A DNA stretch of 64,000 nucleotides. It comes from Mobula birostris (lineage: Eukaryota). The position numbers and the translations under genes were made by a program. Below, in pieces: positions 24,301 to 36,173 of the stretch. The stretch spans positions 87,563,921 through 87,627,920 of the forward strand of contig NC_092383.1 of assembly GCF_030028105.1 (NCBI RefSeq), in the 5' to 3' direction. Each line of letters begins with the position of its first letter. The first letter of the stretch is position 1. Below the pieces are notes generated by a model. That model had not been told where the DNA came from. It did not search any database and saw nothing but the letters and a program-made list of their open reading frames with translations.

Positions 24301-27300
24301 GTGCTTTTTAAGTTATTTGCTTGCATTAAATTCTTCTTTTCCATCAAATCTGAAAATGCCTCTCTCAGTTTCAGGTGCATTGTGGGCAGAGAAATATTTA
24401 AGAGGAGTTGTGGGAAGGGCGATCACAATCGATTGTTACTATGAGGCAAAGTACCGCTCACACACAAAGTATTGGTGCCGTGGATGGACTCTCCAATGTT
24501 CAGTTTTAGTGGAAACAAATGGACAACACAGACGGAGTGGACGAGTGTCAATCGCAGATAACCCAGAAGAGGGAATATTTACTGTTACTATGGAGGATGT
24601 TCACTCTCGAGATACAGGACGGTACAGCTGTGGAATTACAACACCAGGTGCCAATCCGATGTTTAGTGTATATCTACAAGTATCTAATGGTAGGTTTCCA
24701 GCTGTTAGATGTGTGCTCCCATTAAACTGTATGATCCATGTTTTCTCTGGGAGGGGTCAGGACAGCAAGGATACCCTGAAGTGCTGAGTCCTGTGGGGAG
24801 TGGGCTGGGGTCGAGAAACCCCATTCCTGTTGCTCTCATCCAGTGCAGCGTCTGACCCTCTGACAGGACACCGGAGGCTCAGCACATTTTCCTGCCTCTG
24901 AACTGTACGAAATGTCACCCTGTCAGAGGTTTACATTCAGACTAAAACTAATAATTCAACAATAACAGATCAGTGAGACACAAGTGTTACTCATGGTCTA
25001 TATGCCTCAAAGATACCAAGTCCCCTTGCACCTCTGATTTTGAATTATCTCACCATTCAGAAGAGACGTTCATTCCTCCTACCAAAGTGCATGACCATAC
25101 AGTTCTCTCACAATATTCCATCTGACACTTTCTTCTCCGTTCTCCCAATCTGACTAAGTCCTGCTACAGGCTCCATGCTGCCACAACACTTATCTGTCCT
25201 TCCACCTATCTTTGTACCACCTGCAAACCTGCTCACAAAGCCATCAACTCTGTCAAATAATTCGTCTGTATGTAATGTGGAAAGAAGCGGTCACAATACC
25301 GAAACCACTCGTCACCAGCAGCCAGTGTCCTGTGAGTCTGTCCAGGGAAACCTTCGCATTCAGTACACGTGGTACGAAAACATCCCACCTGTCAATTCAA
25401 AACTGTCAGACACAAATAATCTGAATCTACATAATCAGTCCTTCAAGCATCATCACCATTAATGCTTTTGCACAGCTTCAAATAATCTTGGAGCAAATTC
25501 CAGTGAAATGATCCTTATGATTGTCACCAACAGAGCAGGGATCTTATTCATGTGACAGATGTCAACATCCAACAGTTTTGCTTCCAGATGGCTGCTAACC
25601 TTGTCCTTGGGGCTGATGGTCATGGGCTTCTGTGTAACTTGTCCAGGGAGTAGTCTTCTGCCGGTGGTGATGAGAGAGACTGTTGCTTGCTTAATAATAT
25701 ATTGGGCTGTTCTTTTAGGTTGCTGTTTGTGTTGCAGCAGCGATTTCCCCCTGCCTCAGACTGTGGTAAATGTTTGACATGAGAATAGTTGTCACTCTCT
25801 GAAACGTGGCCTCTGACACCCTCTTCTAACCGCAGTATTGCTTTGTTGTGTGAAGTTACATTGCTGCTTTCTGCTTAAGATCTCTTATTCAGTCTGAGAC
25901 ACTACCAATACCCAATTTCTCTCAATTAGGATGCATTGAAAGCAGGCATGGAATCTCATGGAAAATGGACTTAAAACTTTGTCAATGTTACAAAGTTCCA
26001 AGTTCAAAGTAAAATATATTATCAGAGTACTTACACGTCACCACATACAACCCTGAGATTCTTTTTCTGCAGGCATACTTAACAAATCTATAACACAGTA
26101 ACTATAAACAGGATCTGTAAACTATCAAATTCAGGAACTGTATACTGTGAACAATCTGTGTAAATGCGGGTATAAATAATTAGCAAGAAATAATGAGCAT
26201 GAAGTGACAAGCTAAAAGCGTCCTTAAATCAATGTAGCAATTAACTATACAGAGGATATTTCTGTGAACATTCTTTGGGATACTTTTAAAGCTTATATTC
26301 GTGGTCAGATTATCTCATATTCTGCTGCTTTGAGGAAGAAGCTGAAGCAGGAGGAGTTGGCAATCGTGGACAAGATTAAGGAAATTGATAAGAAATATGT
26401 TATAGCTCCTTCTGAGGAGTTATATAAACAAAGAACTGAACTTCAAATGGAACACAGTTTATTACTTTCGTCCTCGATTGTAAATCAATTAAAGAAAACA
26501 AGAAGTGAATTTTATGTACACAGTGACAAAATTGGCAAACTGTTGGCTAATCAACTGAAGTCTAATTATGCTAAATCTCAAATTAATCAGATTTATAACC
26601 AAAATGACCGACTGATACTTGATCATGTGGGAATTAATCAAACTTTCTGTGATTTTTATTCTTCCTTATATCAATCAGAGTCTCCTCGAGATTCTAAATA
26701 TATGAATGATTTTTTAGATAATCTAGACTTCCCTGAGATTTCACAGGATATGTCTTCTATGTTAGATACTCCCATTACCACGGATGAGATTAAGAATGTT
26801 ATTTTCTCTATGAATTTGGGGAAAGCTCCTGGCCCTGATGGGTTTACCGTAGAATTTTATAAATGTTTCGCACCTCTATTAATCCCTTGGCTCTGTAGGG
26901 TTTTTGAGGCTTCATTAAAACTTGGTAAACTTCCTGAATCTTTCAATAGAGCGTCAATCTCTCTAATATTAAAGAAGGATAAAGATCCTGCTCAATGTGC
27001 ATCTTATAGACCAATATCTTTATTAAATGTTGATTCTAAAGTTTTTTCTAAGTTATTAGCAAATAGATTAGAAAAAGTACTTCCTTTTATTATTTCAGAA
27101 GACCAAACGGGTTTTATTAAAGGTCGTTACTCTTTTTATAATATTCGCACACTGTTAAATATTGTTTATACCCCCTCACAAAATGTTCCTGAGTGTGTTA
27201 TCTCTTTAGATGCTGAGAAAGCTTTTGATAGAGTAGAATGGCCTTATTTATTTAAGGTGCTTGAAATGTTTAATTTTAGCTTGAAATTTATATCCTGGAT

Positions 27301-30300
27301 TAAATTGTTATATCATTCTCCTGTGGCCTCGGTCCGTACTAACTCTCTAAGCTCACCTTTTTTCCCTCTTTTTCGAGGTACTCGACAAGGGTGTCCTCTT
27401 AGTCCTTTATTATTTGATATTGCATTAGAACCTCTTGCAATTGCCATTCGAGAATCTCCAAATATTACTGGGATAACTCGGGGCTTAAAGTCCCATAAAA
27501 TATCACTCTATGCTGATGATTTACCTTTATATATTTCTAATCTCCAAAAATCCATCCCTGCTGTTTTAGAGCTATTAGCACAATTTGGTCTTTTTTCAGG
27601 TTATAAATTAAATCTTAGTAAGAGTGAACTTTTCCCGATTAATAAACAACTTCCCTTATATCATAACTTTCCATTTAAATTGATTAATAATTATTTTTCA
27701 TATCTTGGGATTAAAATTACTTGTAAATACAAAGATTTATTTAAGATTAACTTTTTACCCTTAATTGACCATATTATTCAACTTTCATCTGAATGGTTTC
27801 CTTTATATTTAACTTTGATTGGTCGTATTAGTGCAGTTAAGATGTTTTTTTTGCCAAAATTTTTATATATATTTCAGGCATTACCAATTTTTGTTCCAAA
27901 ATCTTTTTTTGATAAAGTTGACTCCAAAATTTCTTCGTTTATTTGGCAAAGTAAAAACCCGAGACTGGGTAAAATACATTTACAGAAAGCTAAGAGAGAT
28001 GGAGGCTTAGCATTACCTAACTTTAGATTTTATTATTGGGCAATTAATATTCGACATATGAAATTTTGGTTACTTGACCAGGATATACTATCCATTCCTA
28101 AATGGGTAGCATTGGAATTACAATCTGTTCAGGGCTATACACTTGGCTCTATTTTAGGTTCCTCTCTTCCTTTTGATTTGAAACGCCTTAAACAGGCGTC
28201 TAACCCGATAGTTAAATATACCTTAAGTATTTGGTTTCAATTCAGAAAATTTTTTGATCTTAACCAATTTGGGCTAGCGATTCCTATTTTAGGTAACATA
28301 TTTTTTCCTCCCTCTTTTACGGATCGTGCTTTTCAAATTTGGAAGACTAAGGGTATTTCACGGTTTTTGGATTTATTTTTAGATGGTTCCCTTATGTCTT
28401 TTGAACAATTACCTAATAAATATAATTTATCAAGAATACATTTTTTTACATATCTACAAGTTAGAAATTTCCTAAGTACTATACTTTCTTCCTTTCCAAT
28501 GCTTCCTCCTACATACATTTTAGATACTATAATTAACCTTAATCCATGTCAGAAAGGTGCATCGGCTATTATTTATAATATTATTATGAAACTTAGGAAA
28601 GCTCCATTTGATAAGATTAGGTCAGATTGGGAACAAGAATTGGGATCTATTATTTCCGTGGATGACTGGGGGCAGATTTTACAATTAGTCAATACTTCCT
28701 CTATCTGTGCTAAACATTCCCTAATTCAATTTAAAGTTGTTCATAGAGCACATATGTCCAAAGATAAATTAGCTCGCTTTTATTCTCATATTAATCCTTT
28801 TTGTGATAGATGTCCGGGGTAGATAGCCTCTTTAACTCCTATGTTTTGGTCTTGTCCTACTCTGGAAACTTTTTGGAGAGACATTTTTAATATTATCTCC
28901 AAGGTATTGAATATAGACATCTCTCCTCACCCTATTACTGCTATCTTTGGACTACCTAAAATTTCCAGTAATCTTTCTCCTTCAGCCCGTAGAATGATTG
29001 CATTTCTTACTTTAATGGCGAAAAGATGTATCTTACAACATTGGAAAGAGCTTAATGCTCCAACTACCTTTTTTTGGTTTTCTCAGACGATATTATGCTT
29101 GAATTTGGAGAAAATTAGAAGCAATCTTTATGACTCCTCATTTAAATTTGAACAGACCTGGAGATCTTTTATTCAATATTTTCATTTAATGTAATATATA
29201 CCCTTCTTGTTTTTTTTTACTGTTTTTAATGGAGGTCGGGATTGAGGACGTGATTTTAAGTTTTTTAACTCTGTTTGGTTTCAAGTTAGCCCATTGCTTT
29301 GCTTTGCTTTTAGTTAGTTGCACGGTGGGGTTTTTTGGGGTTTTTTTTTCCTTTTCTCTATTGATATATATATAAAAATTAGAATACTATTATTTTACCT
29401 TGGTACGTTATGTTTAAATTACATTCTTTGTATCATTTTTTTTGTATTAATGTTTCCTGTAATTTTATTATATTCTAACAGTGCCTATATGGCTTACCTT
29501 TTTGTATACTTATTCAATAAAAAGATTTAAAAAGAAAAAGAAATTAATGTAGCTATCCCCTTTTGTTCAAGGGCCTGATGGTTGTGGGATAACTGTTCTC
29601 AAACCAGGTGGTGCCAGGCCTGAGGCTCTTGTCCCTTCTACATGATGGCAACAGCAAGGGAAAATCATGGCCTGGATAGTAATGATCTTTGAGGATGGAG
29701 GCTGTTTTTCTGTGACAACACTTCATGTAGATGTACTCCATAGTTGGGAGAGTTTTACCCATGATGTTCTGGGCCAAATCCACTAACTTTTGTAGGAATT
29801 TCTGCTCTAAGCAGAGGCTTGTAGAAATTAAACTTGTCTTTGTAAATTATAGGCCTTTTTTAATTACATGGCATTGTGAGATGCAGTCTCCAATAATCAT
29901 TTCTTAGTTCAGGAAAAGTTGTGGAAGAGTTTATCCAAGATATTATCTGGGATAGGATGTTTTAGCAATGAGGAGAGAAAATTAAGAGAAGCAGTGAAAT
30001 AATCTACTAAAGCCATTCAATATTTGTTGTGTCTTTGATAAAGTGAGTTTCCATCTCTCTTTGACATTGTAACAAAATGGAACTTACTGCAAAATAAGTG
30101 GCACCATGGTATCACATCAGTTAGCGCGATGCTATTACAGCTGGGGCGTCAGAGCTCTGAATATAATCCCAGCGTCCTCTCAAAGGACTGTTTACGTCCT
30201 CACTGTGAACAAACAGGTCTCCTCCCACAGTCCAAAGGTGCACTAGTTGGCAGATTAATTGTTCATTGTAAAGTGTCCTATGATGAGGTTAGGGTTAAAT

Positions 30301-33300
30301 AAGTGTGTTGCTGGGCCATGTGGCTCATTGGGCCTGAAGGGCCTGTTCCACACTGCACCTTCTAATAAATAAAATCATAAAAATAAACAAAAATGACAGC
30401 GGTCAGGAGAATTGTGCTGCTGCAAATTACCATTATGACAAATGTGAGGAGCACTATCATTAGCTGGGACACTGGAGACGGCAGATGCTGGGATCTGGAG
30501 CAACATAATATCTGCCAGATGAACTCAGCCTGTCCGGCAGCATCTGTGGGAGGGAAAAAAGTGTTGACGTTTCAGGTAGAAACCCTGCATTATGCCTTGC
30601 ACAGTTGGAAATTCCCTCGTGTTTGCATAGAATTAAGTAGGATTTGTCCTCTCAACATTCCAAGAACTTTAACAGCCCCAACGACGTTTCGGCATCACCA
30701 GTGCTGAGAAATAAGAAGGAAATGATAATGATCAGTAAAAGTGACGAAATGGAAATTATCAGTAAACTTATTCATTTGCAGTCGAAGAGTCAAACAGGCC
30801 CTTCAACCTTAAGAGTCACTTTATGTTCATATACTCCTGCACCTAGCATCACTAATGTACAGGTAATGTCTACGTATATCTCTCTCTTTCTGGCTATCAT
30901 CGCATAGGATGATGATGGCTCCTTTCAGTCAGTTAGTGGGGTTTAGGATACCCAACTCCTCAGAAAGGAACAGCATGTGCGTGAATGGATTTAGGTGAGT
31001 AGGGGGTTGCACAGGTCCAGACCCACCCTCTCGACATTCCCTCCCAGATTCAGCAGCATGGTGGGGTTCAAGACAGCTGGGGGAAGTTCTGTTGCAGTGA
31101 ATGGCCAGACCAAGCTTCGGTGCAAAGGATGCCTTTTCCGCGCTTCATGGCACGTGTTTGCGAGATGGCCGTTGACTCTATGAGGGGGCTCATCCGCCCT
31201 TTGACAGGTCTTGTTATTCATCCTACAGGGTGTCTAGCCACCCTCCTCATCAGGCAAGCCCAGTGGGGGAGCTGGTTTAGTCGCCGACCACCTGACCATG
31301 CGACAGGTAGTACTGGGTTACATGGTACCAGCAGCACTCAGATGAGTGACCTACATATATAAGCTCATCCTATTTATATATGGCCACTCTCAATAGTGAC
31401 TTAATAATATTAATAATAATAACTTATTGATAGGTCACTTTTGCTACAGACGATGTTGCTCAAAGTGATTTACAATGGGATAAAGTGCAAACCTGAAAAT
31501 AAAAGACAAAATGATGTTACTTAAAAGCAAGGTTAAATAAATAGGTTTTGACTGACCTTTTACAGTGTCAACTGTGTCTGCACCCCTCAGTAGTTTTAGT
31601 TCTTGAGTTCCACAGTTTAGGAGCGTAGTTCAAAAAGGCTGACATGCTATTTATATTTTATGGGAGATAGTTTAAATTTAAGGAATATGTACATTGTACT
31701 TTATACAATTGCTTTATCATTTATGTTTATTGTGTTTTTATGCTCATTGTGATTTTTTACTTTTGCTTCGGACCTGGAGTAACAAATATTTTGTTCTCCT
31801 TTGCACTTGTATACTGAAGAATGACAATAAACAACCTTGAATGCAGCCAACGGCATCTTCCATTTGCTGCACTTACACTGAAGAAATATCTCTACGTCCA
31901 TGAAACCAATCAGCTCTTTACTCAGGGCAAGAATTTTGCTCTATCTTCAATTGAAAAGCAAGTGAAACTGAATTTAACTCCCATGTCTCAGTAAGAGTTG
32001 AATATACTTTTGTGTCTTTTACAGCTGAACAAACAACTACACAATCCATGAATACAGTGAATTTCAAGAATAAGGAAAACCATCAATCAAAAAGGTATAC
32101 TAGTCTCAAAACTGTTTTACATGTGAAAGATGTTTGATAGATTTTTGTATTTGGTTTCTAACACACAATACATATGAAGGGGCTGACTTTAACCAAACCA
32201 ACTGGCGGATGAGGCAATAACCAATGTTCTTATGCTGGCTTCAAACTGGAGTTCCAGAGGGAAATTTTCCCCTTTAATCAGGGCGGGGTTCACAAATTTT
32301 TTTATACCATAGACTCCTTCCATTAACCAAGGAGTCCATGCATTCCAAATTGGAAACCCCTGCCTTAAACACTTTGTTGTATTTTAAAGATGAAAGTCAT
32401 CCATTATTTTGGAAGGTAGCTCATCAGACTGTAATGATGCTAGGTTTATATTATATTAGATATACTTTTCATTTTCATCCATTTTTCTTCACATAATTGA
32501 AGAATGCCTTGGGGTTTTCTTTTACTCTACTCGCCAAGGCCTTCTCATGCCCCCTTCTTGCTCTTCTCAGCCCCTTCTTAAGCTCCTTTCTTGCTTCCCT
32601 ATATTCCTCAATAGACCCATGACATCTCCATCACTAGTACTATCCTATGCTGTAAGGTGAATTGTGTTTGCCAAGCAGTAACGCTCTTTAGGCTTGTTGT
32701 GGCCTGCTCTGTTGTGGTACTGCTGGGAAAGCTCTTAGTTAGTTAAGGAGTCAGGATAAGGGCCATGACATCACTCATGAACAACACCTTGCAGGGTAGG
32801 ACAAAGTCTCAATGTGGGTCAATACAACTGCGGGAAACATCAAGTCATAGAGTCAAATGGGTCCCTCAGCCCATCTGGTCTATGCCAGCCAAGTTTCCCA
32901 TTTAAGCTAGTCACGTGCCTGTGTTTAGCCCATATCCCAATAAACCTTTCCTATCTATGTACATGTCAGAGTATCTTTTAATTCCTGTTAATGTTCCTGC
33001 CACCTCCTCTGGCAGCTCATTCCCTATACTGACCATCCTCTGGATGAAAATCTTGCCACTCAGGTTCCTGTTAAATCTCTCCCCTCTCACCTTAATCCTA
33101 TGTCGTCTAAGTCTCGATTCCCCAACTCTGGAGGGAAAGACTGTACATTAGTTATGCTACTGACACTATTTAGAGGAGCCTAAACACCCTCACTTAATGT
33201 TTTAATTACATCTCCTTCAGCTCCATCATCAGGATATACGGACAGCCTATGAACCCAGAATAAAATTCCGAATCAGGTTTACTATCACTGGCATATGTTA

Positions 33301-35620
33301 TGAAACTAGTTGCTTTGTGACAGCAGTACAGTGCAATACATAATAATAAAAATTACATACTTTAAACTAAATTCTATAAATTCATTGTGTTCAGTTCTGG
33401 TCACCTAGCTAGAGGAAGATTGAAAGAGTGCAGAGAAGATTTACTAGGATGTTGCCGGGTCTTCAGGAGTTTGGTTACAGGGAAAGACTGAATAGGTTAG
33501 GACTCTATTCCTTGGAGCGTAGAAGAATGAGGGGGATTTGATAGAGGTTTACAAAATTATGAGGGGTATAGACAGAGTAAATGCAAGTAGGCTCTTTCCA
33601 CTTAGATTAGGAGAGATAAATACGAGAGGACATGGCTTTAGTGTGAAAGGGGAAAGGTTTAGAGGGAACATTAGGGGCAACCTCTTCACTCAGAGAGTGG
33701 TGGGACTGTGGAACGAGCTGCCATCTGACGTGGTAAATGCGTGCTCACTCTTAAGTTTTAAGAACCAATTGGATAGATACATGGATGGGAGAGGTCTGGA
33801 GGATTATGGATTGGGTGCAGGTCAAAGGGCCTAACGGAATAAAGTTTCAGCACAGACTAGAAGGGCCGAATGGCCTGTCTTCTGCGCTGTAGTGTTCTAT
33901 GGTTTTATAGGTAGTGCATAAAGACAGCAAAAGTAAAATAGGTAGTTTGTTGTCCACTCAGAAATCTGATTGTTGAGGGAAAAAAAGCTGTTCCTAAAAT
34001 GTTGGGTGTGTGATTCGGGGCTTTTGTACCTCCTCCCTGACGTTAGCAATAAGAAGTGTGTATATCCTGGGTGGTGCGGTCCTTAAGAATGGATGCTACC
34101 TTTTTGAGGCATTGCCTTTTGAGGATGTTCTCAATGCTCGGGTGGCTAGTGCCCACAATGGAATCACATACATTTGCAACCTTCTGCAGTTTTTTCAATC
34201 CAGCACAGTGGCCCATCCATACCAGATGTTGATACAGCAAGTTAGAATGCTGTTTATGGTACATCTGTAGACATTTGCAGATGGGTAAAAAGTTGGCAAG
34301 TGTGGTTTAACTAGAAATGTGAGTTGATGGAGGATATGTATTTATCTGTATGTAAAGAGAAAACGGATAGTAGCAAGGAATTGATTGCTATGGGCATCTG
34401 GCACAGATAAGGCGAAGAGGCTTGACCTTAATCAGGTTCTATAGCACGCAAGTCTGGGCAGCTGAGTGGTCTCTTTCTGCTCCTTTTCTGTTCTTATGTC
34501 TACCCTGTCAAATCATTACATTATATCGAATTCTTCTTTGTGGCCACCATTCAGGAGAAAGGAGACCCAGTCTGTTCATGGCTTCTTGATATTCTGCACC
34601 CTTCTGGATCATACTTTCTCTTAGATCGCTGTATTCCTTGCCCACATTGTCTTCCAAGTATCTATTCACAGCCCAAATTTGGCTTTCCTTTTTACTTGTA
34701 TCCTTCTCCATTCTTGCTTTAAAATGCAATAGAACATTTTCACAAATGTGACTTATTATTCCTCTACCTTTGCTCTTCACACATGCCCTGGTAGATTGAT
34801 GCAATTTTGCAAATGCTCCCTTGTTACCTCTTGTGCCATGACTGAGTCTTTTATTTTCCTATTGTTGAATTAATTTCCTCTTTCTCCAAAGTATACCAGC
34901 TGCCCTCCTCCCCTCAGTCCAACACTAACTCACCCAGCCTGACGAACTCTTTTGGCTCTGCTGCTTTACCTTGTGCCACCCCACTAAGAAAACAGAGGGA
35001 TGAAGAAGTAAATGCTTCAAACACAAAGCTGTCTCATTTCCTCCCACTGATTCTATGTCTCTTTCACTTTGCTCAGTTATCTGATATGGAGTGTGGGGCG
35101 TTGGCTGCTCTTTGCTCTGCTGGGGATCTGCACTATCTCAATCAACTGGTTCATGAGAGAATCTAAGGTAGGTTTTTGGCGATCAGTGAAATACGGATAC
35201 AGCATGGAGTAGGCCCTCCCAGCCTTTCAAGACATGCCAACTCAGCAACCCCTGATTAACTCTAACCTACTCACAGGACAAATTTCAATGCCCAATGAAC
35301 CTACCTGGTATACCTTTGGATTGTGGGAGGTAACCGGAGGATGTGGACAAAACCCACGCACAATGATTCCTGACAGACAGCGCCGAAATTGAATTCCATA
35401 CTCCAGAACATCACAAGCTGTAATAGCTTCACATCAATGCCATGATTCTGCTATGGCCTTTACATGAATGGGGCTGGAGTCCTTCAGCCTGTTTCAGATG
35501 GAATTCTGTTGCAAGCGTCTGTGGGAAGTCAGGCAAAGTTTTCATACCCAATCAGTCTGATAATCTCACCATTGACTTTTGCAGAAACCTGAAGAATTAT
35601 CTTCACAACTTGGCCCATGA
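18286..35620 (+). CDS. CD300/pIgR-like (CMRF35-like) single-IgV activating receptor, copy 1; exons 18286-18322, 24369-24689, 32025-32094, 35077-35167, 35585-35620; 184 aa
   Basis: All introns GT-AG with compatible phases (1,1,2,0); 555 nt in frame. Product: [19 protein letters not shown]-IgV(C..WC-x6-C..DTGRYSC)[46 protein letters not shown]. The last exon is the least certain. Confidence 0.85.
18998..19238. mobile_element. Solo LTR-like element with GGGCT TSD (copies at 39041-39281 and 59084-59324)
   Basis: tgttgtgt...acataaca termini; TSD at 18993-18997 and 19239-19243; same insertion site as 15390-15616. Confidence 0.7.
21880..22530 (+). mobile_element. RTE/BovB-like LINE 3' fragment (copies near 41923-42573 and 61966-62616)
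   Basis: ORF 22181-22696 includes [13 protein letters not shown]...[22 protein letters not shown], like the RTE-BovB C-terminal zinc-finger region. Confidence 0.7.
22600..23220 (-). mobile_element. Rex1/Babar-type RT fragment (copies near 42643-43263 and 62686-63306)
   Basis: ORF 22637-23053(-) [19 protein letters not shown]...[12 protein letters not shown]...DERAYRREV (degenerate PQG and FADD motifs). Confidence 0.75.
23956..24276 (+). pseudogene. IgV exon V1, copy 1, with in-frame TGA at 24195-24197
   Basis: 321 bp, acceptor ctccctcag, donor gtaggt; [24 protein letters not shown]; V2 has CGA at this codon. Confidence 0.9.
24369..24689 (+). CDS. IgV exon V2, copy 1 (CD300/pIgR-type V domain)
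   Basis: 321 bp, phase 1-1; ITIDC...[11 protein letters not shown]...[19 protein letters not shown]; the extra C-C' cysteine pair is typical of CD300/pIgR/TREM V domains. Confidence 0.93.
26239..29540 (+). mobile_element. 5'-truncated L1-clade LINE (ORF2 without endonuclease) with 13-bp TSD, inserted into a Rex/Babar fragment
   Basis: 852-codon open frame 26264-28822 with [19 protein letters not shown] and YADD motifs; TAG inside the C-terminal CCHC region; T-rich 3' UTR, AATAAA at 29516 and A-rich tail; TSD aaatcaatgtagc 26226-26238 and aaattaatgtagc 29541-29553. Confidence 0.93.
32025..32094 (+). CDS. Stalk exon, copy 1, (A)[22 protein letters not shown](S)
   Basis: Acceptor tcttttacag, donor gtatac; Thr/Ser-rich; phase 1 to 2. 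Confidence 0.8.
33385..33900 (+). mobile_element. CR1-type LINE 3' fragment (copy near 53428-53943)
   Basis: VQFWSP...[13 protein letters not shown]...[17 protein letters not shown], followed by a CR1-type 3' tail. Confidence 0.85.
35077..35167 (+). CDS. Transmembrane exon, copy 1, [30 protein letters not shown]
   Basis: Acceptor ctttgctcag, donor AAG|gtaggt; hydrophobic stretch with an intramembrane Arg. Confidence 0.88.
35585..35620 (+). CDS. Predicted terminal cytoplasmic exon, copy 1, [11 protein letters not shown]
   Basis: Acceptor ttgactttttgcag, phase 0 matching the TM donor; TGA at 35618-35620; ATTAAA at 35664 and AATAAA at 36270 downstream. Confidence 0.6.
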   Translation, partial: KPEELSSQLGP

Positions 35621-35869
35621 GATGAAAAGAAGACGACCGGACTCCCTGTAAAGGAACTTTGAGATTAAATGTTCCTCATTCATCTTGCTTTGCACACATT
35701 TTTTTAACTGTTCTTCATAAATGCCTTCTGTCATTAAGCTAATTACTTAATGGAAAAGAAGTTAAAATCGAAACAATGCCTAGCTCATAGAAGACGTGAA
35801 ATCTTAGCAATAGCTCAGCTCTTGCCCATCTCCTATCCTCATAATTCCTGCATTTGCATATGTTTGATT

Positions 35870-36173
35870 ATATAGGCATCCGATAGTCTCGTGAGACCAT
35901 GCATTTGCGCCTTGGAAGGTTTCCATTGCGCAGGCCTGGGCGAGGTTGCATGGAAGACCGGTAGTTGCCCATGCTGCAAGTCTCCCCTCTCCACACCACT
36001 GATGTTGTCCAAGGGAAGGGCATTAGGACCCATACAGCTTGGCACCAGTGTTGTCACAGAGCAATGTGTGGTTAAGTGGCTTGCTCAAGGACACAACACG
36101 TTGCCTCAGCCAAGGCTCGAACTAGCGACCTTCAGATCACTAGACGAGCGCCTTAACCACTTGGCCATGCGCC
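35870..36173 (-). mobile_element. tRNA-derived SINE with recognisable Pol III A and B boxes (copy at 55913-56216)
   Basis: Minus strand begins GGCGCATGGCCAAGTGG (A box, 36157-36167) and contains GTTCGAGCC (B box, 36114-36122). Confidence 0.75.

Noticed and set aside
23956-24800. Rearranging Ig, TCR or IgNAR V segments
   Set aside because: Both V exons are complete through the G strand and end in GT splice donors; I saw no heptamer-spacer-nonamer RSS or D/J segments next to them.
26264-28822. 852-aa ORF as a host gene or an active retrotransposon
   Set aside because: The start is a GTG inside a 5'-truncated L1 ORF2; there is no ORF1, promoter or endonuclease, and the C-terminus has a premature stop.
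34880-35010. Extra exon between stalk and TM (paralog near 12690-12820)
   Set aside because: Reading from the candidate acceptors in the required phase 2 hits TAA or TGA in both paralogs.
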